This document shows, in pieces, positions 1-11,000 of a DNA stretch of 64,000 nucleotides. A program made the position numbers and the translations under genes. The DNA lies in assembly GCA_002633005.1 (NCBI GenBank), contig NMRA01000002.1, positions 8,804 to 72,803 of the forward strand. The letters are read 5' to 3'. Under the pieces are notes generated by a model. It saw only the letters and a list, made by a program, of their open reading frames with translations. It did not search any database and had not been told where the DNA came from. Source of the stretch: Phoronis australis (lineage: Eukaryota > Animalia > Phoronida). The first letter of the stretch is position 1. Each line of letters opens with the position of its first letter.

Positions 1-1963
1 ATTTTTTGCCGATTTTAATGTGCAAATTTTACACGGTGACAGATACGCGAAGCGATTTGGTGACGTATGTTGTCCTGGCTACTTCAATCTAGATACACAT
101 AGTGTACGTAATTATCGGACGGACCCTAAATATCGGACATTACAGAAAATCTTACTTGAAGCATAATCTGAGAAATATATGACACAAATTTTTGTTCCGC
201 TGTAATGCATTCAATGTCCGGCACTGTCTCGTTTTTTTCTAGCGTTGCCTCGTTTTGATTTTACCGAGAGAGAGTGCAATTTAGACCCCCAGGTCAGCCT
301 AAAATGGACGATCGCATAAATCGGTTATAAAAGTTGAAAACAAAATCTTTTTCCAAAATGAAATCATCTAATTGAACTAACAGTAAAAAATTCTGAACTG
401 TTTGAAAAATTGTAAAATCTTGTCGTGTTTCATTTCCAAATCATTCAATATGAATCTGAAATAAACAAGGATTCACCAACTCTTACATAAGCTTTGAAAT
501 GTTTTCATTACACCAATAACTTTTCTATGAAGCCATTATCAAACTACTCTCGTTGTATTAGTAACTGAACTGCTGATAAAGTGAAATGTAACTGGTTAAT
601 TTTAATATCCCGTGACTGTACATACAACCATTTCACCTAAGCCCGAAAACAAATAGCTATATTCTGCTGGCATGTAACCTACCACCTTTGATTCATTCAT
701 TGACTTTTACTGCAAACCTTTCAAAAATGTTATATGATTCGCATTTGGGCACCTTTGGAATTCCCTGATAGTTTGCGCTTTTGTTGCCTAATGAGGTGAC
801 ATGTTGTAAAGAAATCTTAATATCCGAAGGACTCATGAGATGGTACTTATAGCAATGTGATTTTAATTGTTTTACCTGTGCGAAGTGTTATTTTCAGCTT
901 CTAGGTTCTTCAGACATACATGGCATACTAGGATGTGCCACCACCTAGAGTGTAGGCTACAGCACCATTCGAGCAGAGAATCATCTCAAGAGATCGTTGA
1001 TATCTTTAAATCCTTTCAACTCATACAAATACTTTTCAACATGTCAGTTCATTTATCAACAAAATCATGAACCTTATCCGTTTTTGTTTTGATTGCACCA
1101 CTGCGCTTGTTAGCATCAACCTGCATGACCTCAGGAGTTAGTCAATCACTAACGTACTGTCGGTGATCCACCAGGATCGCTAGTGGTTGAAATTTGACTT
1201 CCAAGATCACCACTCTCATATCTGATGCTCCTGGGCAGCAAAATGGCAATTATCTTGTTAATAAGTCAAGAGATCTATATGAAAGTAATCTTAACTAAGT
1301 ATTTGTTCAAGTTCGAAGTATTTAAAAAGATCAACGGCCTCCAAAGATGTCCCTCTAATCTATGCTCAAAAGGCTTTTATAGCAATATAAATTTGATCAA
1401 AGAGTTTTATGTCCTACAAGTATTTCTGATAGATTTGTACCAGGAAGAAGTGCTGGGAAAAGATTTGTTGACGTCTTGAAGGGGAATGAGAGAGTATGCA
1501 TGGTCCTGCCTCCATAGGCGAGAGGTGCTGCTTTTTTATATGTGAGAGTCCCAGATATCACGCTGTATTCAAATATTGGTTTCACATGAATACAGACTTA
1601 CTGGGAATTTACGAAAATAGGTCCATGGGTGGGTATTTAGAAAACAACCTTTCAAAAGTGTCAAACGAAACTGATTAATGCTCGGATGTACTTTTGGAAA
1701 GGAGGCTAGTGTCATGATACAGCTTGAAGGCAAACAACTATCATTAATTGTTCGCCCATACTGTTTTCAAAGTAGAGTAAATGGTCAGTGACTAACGAAG
1801 TCACCCAGTGTGAGTGAAAGTGCAAGCCCAAAATATAATGAATGTCAAAATGAACAAAATTTTACATCAAAACATATCACATAGTTGTATTTTAGAACTA
1901 TCCATCAGACTTTCAAATCAAGTACTTGACTGGCATGCCATTTCATTTCATTTTTTATTCCAT

Positions 1964-2995
1964 TTTTTGTGCTCCCACATATTTATATGTGGACGCATTA
2001 TGCCGTCATCTCCGTCCGTCCGACGTCCATCCGTCTGGCATCCGTTGCTCTATCTCCAAAACGCCTGGACGTATGTTCATGAAATTTTGCACATGTGTTC
2101 CTTCTGTGGATGGGACAGTATGAGCGAACTTTCGGACGAATCTGACTATTGGTGTTCCCCCTAGTTTACCTCTGTATCTTCAAAAGTCCAGAACGGATTT
2201 TCATAAAATTTGGTATATAGGCATCTATTTCTGAGATGACGCTATCCTCCATTTTCAGATGGGTTTGACATAGTTTGCGCCACCTAGTGGCCATTTTTAT
2301 TGTTTTCGAGTTTTTTTGCGTTCACCCCTCTATCATCCAAACTGCTCAAAGGATGATTGTGAAAATTGGCATGTATGTTCTTACTATGAAGTGTACGGCT
2401 GACGATGATTTTCCGACGACTTTTGGCTACTGTGGCGCCTCCTATGGCTGCATCCCCTAAATGGTTGGTAGGATTTTTACTAAATTTAGTAAGTGTATTT
2501 TTATAATGTTAACAACAGAGGACGACGACTTTCAGACGGATCTGACTACTGCTGTGCCACCTAGTGGCAATTTTATTTCTTTAACGTTTACCTCTGTGTG
2601 TTCAAAGGTCCTCAAGTTATTTTCATAAAATATGGCATACAGGCATCTGTTAATGAGATGATGCAATCTCTTCATTTTCAGATGAATTCGACCTAGTTTG
2701 CGTTACCTAGTGGCCATTTTTACTGTTTTCGAGTCTGTTTTTGGCGTCCACTCGTCTATCAACTAAACTGTTTTCAGGATAATTGTGAAAATTTGCATGT
2801 ATGTTTTTACTAAGAAGTGGACGGCTGACGACGATTTTCCGACGAGTATGACTACTATGGCGCCTCCTATTGGCAGTTTGTTTTTTTTTGCACTGATGGC
2901 TGTATCTATTGAACACTTTGCAGGATCTGTACTTAATTTAGCAGGCCGTGCATGTGGGCCCATTTCAGTGATTACCTGAAACCATTTTCATTCTT
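1964..2995 (+). mobile_element. Helentron/DINE-1-like non-autonomous element (HINE) with internal tandem array
   Basis: T-run followed by a 5' inverted repeat CCACATAT..ATATGTGG, a (GTCC)n-like microsatellite at ~2011-2035, an internal ~420-bp duplication (2165-2447 vs 2587-2873) made of ~120-160-bp subunits, a 3' subterminal ATGTGGG and a short hairpin TTTCAG...CTGAAA. Confidence 0.65.
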
Positions 2996-3051
2996 ATTAA
3001 TATATAGTTAAAACCAAGCTGAGGAGCTAGAAACCTGACTCGAGGGTCTAG

Positions 3052-3131
3052 CAGTGTGGCTCAGTGAGATTCGAACCCCCGACCTTGAGTAAAGAAAGCG
3101 GGCACCTATCCCACTAGGCCACACTGTCCCC
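3052..3131 (-). mobile_element. tRNA-derived SINE head or tRNA pseudogene
   Basis: Minus strand has A-box TGGCCTAGTGG and B-box GGTTCGAATC, closed by a 9-bp stem CAGTGTGGC/GCCACACTG. There is no canonical anticodon arm. Confidence 0.65.
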
Positions 3132-5532
3132 TCTGTTACTACAGTTGAATGACGGACACCTATTATCATTGAAAGAGATTACAACTGTTGTTACTATGGT
3201 GATAATTTGTGATTGATCTGTGAGTACCACTACCCTGCATACTGTAAATAACAGGCTTACAAGGAAGTCATTTCTAAAAATATGCAGGAATTTTCACTGT
3301 TTGTCCTGAGCGGCCTTCACCTGCATCAAAGAGAGCGCAGCGCCAGAGTCAGATACAGTTGTGATAACCACATTGTCCGGTGCCAGCTAGACCCGACCAT
3401 AAACTGTAGTAAACATCTCTGCCTGTACATACTCTGGCAAAATTTCAAAATGCATTAACCAATAATTTTTGTTAAAAACGAACACCACAGTGGTATTCAG
3501 CTGGAAAAAAAAACAATTATGGTTTTCGATTTTTAAAAATCGAACTAATTAGCTAAAATCTACAAACATTGGGTGCAGTTGAAGATAAATGACCGTGCGT
3601 ATTGATATACTCGGTGAATTTACAAACACTGATCAGAGTTAACAATATCACATGGATTATTATCTTAATATTCGTTCAAACTCCTTTAACCAGATTTTTG
3701 ACTAGGAATCAGTTGTTCTTAACTAGTGCCCACTCTTCTTTTTTGTGACTGACAAAAATCTAGAGTAGTTATGTAGTCAGTGCAACTGAAATTGTCTAGA
3801 GATTCCAGATCTTCAGTTTGGCTATGACCATATTATTTGCACTTTTGTATTTTATGATTTGAGTTCTATCAGAAGATTAAACTTGAACCAATGTATAGTT
3901 TGGGTTGCCGTGAAATGTTTATAGCTGTAATCTGAAAAGTTCAGAGATGGGTTCACAATTAGCTAAACTAATTAATTTTCTCTGGTGATCAAAATCTACC
4001 ACTGTTTTGGTACTTAAAGTTTAAAAATAAAATAAACAAATATCATCCCGTTTCCAGCAAGAAAAAACAAGTTGATAGGAGTCTTAAAAATGAAGTAACG
4101 AAAACCGATCTGAAACATATTTAAAACCATCGTTACTTTGGGAAGTGGCTATTTGTTAAGATAAAAACAAAGTAACTTTTTAGTCATTTTGTTATATGTA
4201 AAATATACCAAAATTAAAACTACTCTCCACAGTTGCAAGCTACAACTCCATGCAAATTCCAGAACCTATTTGGGTGTAATAGCAATCACCATTGTTAAGA
4301 CAGTAGTGCTGGCTATTATCTTTCCACTTAATTAGCTCAGATCTACATTAATACAAAGGGCCTGCTGAATAGGCATCATAAAAGTTGTCTGGAGGTGAGG
4401 GAACCAGTGTAAGCCAAAAATTCTCCATATGGCGTAATACCCTCCCCCCCCCCAGATCAAGGTAAAAATTCATCAATTTTGAAGTAAAATATTTGCTGAA
4501 TTTCTATTCTTCAAGGACTTTCCACAGTTCTGCAGGTGTTCAAAAGTTGACCAAATGTTGTTTGCCGACTGCCGTACTTGTGGTGCTAAAAGTGAAGTAA
4601 ACACTAGTTTTTGTTTAGTTTTTTTTCGCAATATGAAATTCCTCTTTGCAATTGCATTGCTGTTTTATTATGTCCCAAGCTGAAGGATGTTCAAGTGTGA
4701 ATCTTATCAATGTCAACTGATAGACTTTGAAGTTGAAATGTTGATAAAATAGACAAAATATCTGACATTTTTTATCAACTTGTCCTCAGATTGGCTTATG
4801 AATGCCATCTGATTAAAAGGGAAATGTATAGTTTTGGTTTTCGTTATTGACAACTTTACTTCTTAGTGTGTCAAATATTATATCTTCTGCTCAATAGATG
4901 GATAGCTCTTACAACCAGATTGAATTTGTGGTCACCGTCGGTATGAGTGTTTTACTTGTGATCGCCATGATGTTATTTGAAAATTTTGTTTTCCGTTTTA
5001 ACCTACTATTTGCTATTTTTGTGGTGTGAGGCACTCTTGAGTTACCGAATGAGGCTTAACTTGCTGGCAAATACTAGTAGCCACTTCCTGGAGCACCACA
5101 CTTCCCTCTCTGGTTCTGCAGTATTTACCCACAATGCTGAGCTTGAGTAGGGTACTCGTCCTCAGTTGTACACTGCTCTTTTACGTTTTACTACCGCAAA
5201 GTGAAATACAATACAGACATGCAAAAAACTGAAAAACCTCAATGAGGTGTTATAGATGGTTCTTCGCTTGTTTGGCAAAGCTCAAATGTGTAGTAGTGCC
5301 TTACATTATAACTAAGTAATTCGTTCATTGCAGTTTGATACCTCCTCAAAAGAGGAGCTTTAAATCCAAGGAATTCCATGCAAGTGGATAGTGAATGCTA
5401 AGTTATGGTAAAAATTTCAGTTTCTGACAGTGAAAAATATATCATCCTCTTCAAGGCCGCAGTTTCTACCAAGTTTTAGAAATAGGGAATTTCGACAATC
5501 TCAAATTGTGACCAACGACAAATGAGTAGACT

Positions 5533-5660
5533 CTGTTGATACGAAAAGCAGAAAAATATGATGAACGACAAAGATGCCCATGTTCCAACATCCAGAATCA
5601 TGAAAATCCAATTGCCGCTTGAATTTTGGTTTCCAAATTTAGAACGGGAGAATTTTTACT
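5533..5660 (+). repeat. Dispersed repeat fragment, related copy at ~42602-42750
   Basis: Shared ...cccatgt(t/c)ccaa...gcttgaattttggttt(c)ccaaattt... core. Confidence 0.6.
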
Positions 5661-6981
5661 GTAATTTGTCCAATCCTTCACCAACTACAGCAGCGCGGCC
5701 TTTTGAGGCAATCGACAATAAACTCACTTAGGGTATGTGGGATATCACCAGCGAGGGGCTTGACTTCCAGCAGCTAGCAAAGATATTCATGACCTGTGCC
5801 CTTTGGGTGCACCTGATGATAAAAAGTGTGCCTTTTTCAAAAAGTGCCCAGTAGACCTTAAGTGTAATTGAAGTGGTAGCACATGAAATGCAAACCCCAA
5901 GGGCAATCGAAATAAGAACAGAGTCATTTTTTTATCTGACTTGCTGTAATTTGGCTAGAATCTTGTATTTTTGGAAGAGTGTTGCATTTTAAAAGCTGCA
6001 TCCGGGGGGCGCACTGGTGCAGTGTACTTGTGCCTATTTATTTTTTTACACATTAATGGCACAAAGGCGTAGTCCAGGAATATCGAGTCTGTCTAGTGAT
6101 AGGTGTTTGAAGTCTTACTGACATGTTTCCAGTCTCATTTTATTCCCAGAGTGTTGGTTGTGATGGCAGATTTTTAAAACAATGAAAATTCAAAGTTCAC
6201 TAGCACTGGCAGCCATACACACTTCTGAATTTTCCTATGACTTATGAAAGGCTGACCTTAGACTTTTTTCTTATTTTTTTAATAGTTACATATATAGGGG
6301 TGTCACTATTATCAGACTTCTTAATTGACCAAGTAATCGGACATTAAAATTTTGTCTATATATGGGCTGTTATGTCTTAGTTTGTCTGTTGTTTCACGAT
6401 CTTACTTTGGTTGCAACCACTAGTTTTGATTCATGCCTGGAGGTCATTGATGTAGAAGCTGATGGGACTGATATTCGGCTCCAAAATTGAGTGATTGAGG
6501 ACCGGTCAGATGAGTGACTCAGTGCTACCCAATTCGGGAATACACTATCGATAACTATAATGCGAAGACTTTCAAATACATCATCTGCAAACATTTCCAA
6601 AAATATTACGAAAAATGTGTTGTTATGAGGTTTGTTGATTCTTTGTATGCAGTAGTATCACCTGAGAAAAACTGGGCAAATTTTAAATTTTGTAATGCCG
6701 CCATTTTGCTTTCATCTCATAGAAACGCATCAGTTAGTTGGACTAATGGGCTGATATGATGTGGATAACTAGTTCATACCTGTGTCATTAGTTAGTTATT
6801 TTTCTTTGCAAGCTCTATGTATATTGTTGGTAATGCCGTCAGCACATGTTCACTGATAGCTCATCTTGACCTTATACCGGTAATTAATGTATGGTGCACA
6901 TAGATTTAGTGCAATGAGTTGTGCTAGGAGTTCATATCTGCTGGAGGTAAGCTGATTAATAACATTTGACTGGCAAATTAC

Positions 6982-7336
6982 TTAAAGTGGAACTTGCAGG
7001 CTAATTCCTTATCATTCTCTACATGTTTGCTTGGCCAAATCAAATAGAAACACAACACATAGCAATGATGTGATTATGAAGTAGGTTGAAAATTGCCAAA
7101 TATTTTTAAGAACGAGATTTTTGGCCGCAAGTCACTGTACCATGTCCAGTAAGTTTTGTGAAGTTGTGCATGGGAATAACACTGCAAGATGTGGGCTATG
7201 TGAGCCCGCGAGGTATGTCATCAATGCAAAGGTCACATATTTGCGGAATTTTTGTTTTCACATAATTGTCAAGTTGGTGAATACAACTACACTTTGTTTA
7301 GCATGGATTATGTTAAAATAGCATTGTCGTTTAGTT
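6982..7336 (+). mobile_element. ~350-bp TTAA-initiated DNA-transposon fragment (Kolobok-like end), copy 1
   Basis: TTAAAGTGGAACTTGCAGGCTAATTCCTTATC... is colinear with 13367-13704. Confidence 0.6.
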
Positions 7337-8062
7337 CGTGCTATACATTAGCATATTTAGGAGCATGAAAAATACATCAGTTAATTAGGTTGGGTCAAGT
7401 CTTTAGCCCTTTAGGTCTACTTGGTGCAGAGAGTATTCTGTCATTGAAAGATGTATGCTCATGATGTCTGAAGTTGGGAAAATGCTTTCCTGAGAAAAAG
7501 TGCTATCCTGTCAAATAAATATTATGGAAGCCACAAATTTCAGCTGTTGTCTTTTAGAATAAAAATGAAATAAACATTTTCAAATGACAGTTAATAAATG
7601 TAAATTTGCTATTAATGTATGATACTGCTTGAAAGTGAGTGTTCATGCCCCAGGACTTGTTTCATGAAACTTTGTATTTTATTTTGTTGTTAAGGGAAAT
7701 GCAACAGATTTTGATTTTACCTTTAGTGCAAATACAGACCCAGGTCATCTAAGAGAAACATTTCACCATTTTAATTAATGTTTCGCTGGCATGTATGGAC
7801 TGCCCGTGTAACAATAGATGTGACTGACCCAGCAAAAGACCCCACCTCTCGGTTCTGCATTCACTTGCATTGCGCCAACATGAACAGGCTGTCTTCAGTA
7901 ACGCGTAGGACATTCTGTTTCCTTAGAGCCAAGATGCACGGCTTTTGTTTGTCTGTTCACGTCACTTTCTATTGTTCCCTGGATAGTAAATACACGTCAG
8001 GGGAGTACTTAGAAAAATATAGTGCCTAGATGATGAGCTTTCACGTTATTTTATGTTTGCAG

Positions 8063-11000
8063 TCACAAAGTCGGCAGGACCAAGCATCCAATGACGATGA
8101 AGTAACAGACCTGCCTGGGGTTCATTTGCAGTCGGAGGATCTTCCGCAAGCCTCAGATGCCACCACTGAAGTGATTGACAGTGCTATCAAAGATTTACCT
8201 CCAAGGTTAACGAGCTGATAATTATTAACGCAGTCTGTTTTGTTTTACCTGTTTTCAGACAGTGAGATGTCACATTTTAATGACTGTGACTGTTGGGAAT
8301 CATAACATAACTTACATTTGTGCAGTAGGATAACTGTCAGTGTTTATTGCCATTAATTTCCTGAGCTTAAAATCAAATTAGAATTCACCATCTGTGGTCA
8401 ATTGATTTTCTGTTGAATTGCTTGTATGTTTTAGAATAGCACCGTAAAATCTTGTGTATAAAGCCATGGCGTTACATACGAAACAATGCATTCTGGGAGC
8501 TGTTGAAAGTGCAATGATACTGAATGTAAGGCTGTGGGCTTATGAGCAAAATAATAAATTGTCTTGGAATGTTAAAAATGCAAGAATCCCAAATATAAGG
8601 CCATACTCGAATATAATGCCATGGCCTTATGTTCAGTGGTTTGTAGCAAGTACAAATTCATTGGATGACAATTGACTATGGTTTTATATAGTCCATTTAA
8701 AATCAACTGTATGTAGCATTTACAATTCATGTTTTGTTTTCACCACAGATGGCGAAACTACATTATCCGTGGGCTATTCACTCTTGTGATGATCAGTGGC
8801 TTCTTCTTTCTGATATACCTTGGTCCACTGGCTCTTGTACTTCTGGTATGTATTCCTTCATAACAGTGCAAACCAAGAAAACAGACATGGTACTGGTTCC
8901 AGGCCATGCCAATCAATTCTGCCTGCTGATTCTTTTCCACTTAATTATAGTTGATAAAAGAATGTTGTGAGGCTTCATAATGACTATAATCCCTTATTTC
9001 AATCTTCCAATGCGGACACAGTGGTCTATTATTGATTAAATCTGAAGTGTAGCAATAGTGAATAACATTTCCACTTTAATTATGAATTTTCCAGTAAATT
9101 CCCAACTTACACAGACATGTATAACTATTGTATGGAACCATTTTTTGTACATTTCGTGTTGTGACTGCCTAACATTTTCAACAACAAGAAATGACTTAAA
9201 CACATCGTGTTTAACATTATCACCGTGTATTCTACAAAGGTTGCTAGTAGGTACTAGTAACTTCGCAATTAAGCTTTAATTGCATATATACATGTAACAT
9301 GTGTATAGCAACGATGTAGTGCAGTTCATGTGTATTACGTCAAATGGGCTGTAACAGTATGGGACCTGAAATACTGAAAATTGGCACGAAAAAGCATTCT
9401 GCCAAACAATGATGTGAATCTCAACATCTGGACCCGCTCCCCAGCTGTTCCCGCATGTTGGACAAAATGTTCATGAACTGTTACCGCAGCGTTATTTCAA
9501 AACATCAATTTCAAGTTATTTTTTTCTGTATTACTGTACCTACACCGTCAATGTTTAATACCAACTAAATCACGTTAATTTACTCTTTATTTCTAGGTGA
9601 TGGCATTACAGTTCAAGTGTTTCCACGAGATCATCACTATAGGATACGTTGTGTACAAGTCAAAGGACCTGCCATGGTTTCGTACCTTAAGTTGGTATTT
9701 CCTGCTGGCGTCCAATTACTTTCTTTATGGAGAAAGCATGATAGATTATTTTGGCATCCTATTAAATCGTACAGTAAGTATAATACAATGACTTGATAAT
9801 TGTTGGCTTAGATTTACACCCGCATTCAGCTGAATGCCCTCCTTCGAATTCTAAGAAATTTCGTTTTTTAGCATCCATGTGTTGTAATGTTTGGGTTAAT
9901 GTCAGCATCTTGATTTTCATTTCTTCGATTTCATTCCCCTGGTTGTTAACCTAGACGTATCAAATTTATTGCACAGCTCACTATATGATTATTGACGTAA
10001 CAAAGGGGATGCATGTGGCCTGATGCCTTTTGCGGTACATCGGGCGTGTTTAAGCCACAAGGCCGGGCCCATTACACTAGTCACCTGATTATGACTCATG
10101 GGGACACGACATCACCGGATTCCTCATGGGTTAAATCTTCCAATCTGCCTGTTTATTATTGACATAGGTCCTTATCTTGTTTTTCTGACCCTCAACATGC
10201 ATACACATTTAGATATGAAACACTGTTAGTTACAGCATACGTTATCCAGATTCTCTGTTTTGCTCAGAGCACTTATTGAGAAGGTCTAAATTCGATGTCG
10301 AGTGGAGAAGATAGATGGGGCATTAAAACACTTTTTTCGAAACTCCCGAGGAGTAGGAGTTTGACTTGAAATCGAATTTTACCTATTCTTCATCAATTAA
10401 GGTCATGAACAAGGTAATTATTGCTGAGTTAGTTGCTTACCCAATTCGTTCACAAAAACTAAACTAAGCTTAGATACTTTATCAATGAAAATAGTACAAG
10501 GAAAAAACAACATTTTGCATCTTTTGCTGTTTTGCTGACCTCTATACCTCTTTCTCATGATTAAGTTTTTGCTTCATAAATTAGTTTCGTACCTACACCT
10601 CTTACTAATAGTTGAACGGTTATTTTTATACAAAATAACCTCAGTGTTTAGATTGCTTCTGAAGATAACATAATGACGCTGAACTCTCAACTTTGGGTTT
10701 TCCAGGAGTTCATGCCGATGTTTGTGACCTACCATCGTTTCATATCGTTTGCTTTCTACCTTTTTGGGTTTGTCGGCTTTGTTGTGAGCCTTGTCAAGAA
10801 ACACTATCTCCAGCAATTTACATTGGTAAGTGTGAACCTTCACCTTTGCCTTTTATACTGATGAAAGGTCATTGAATCAAACCAGCGAATGAGAATAAAG
10901 CAGTAACTCTGTCATAACACTGTATTCTAAGATCACTTTGTTGCTCATTATTGCTAAGAGATGGTGTTGATTATGAGCCATAATTGTAGCAAATATATCT

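Noticed and set aside
100-1850. Possible degraded DNA transposon or first CDS exon
   Set aside because: A subterminal-like repeat (ATCGGAC twice) is visible, but no matching end, transposase motif or convincing start exon could be found.
3052-3131. Functional tRNA gene
   Set aside because: The anticodon arm does not pair properly; it is better explained as a SINE head or pseudogene.
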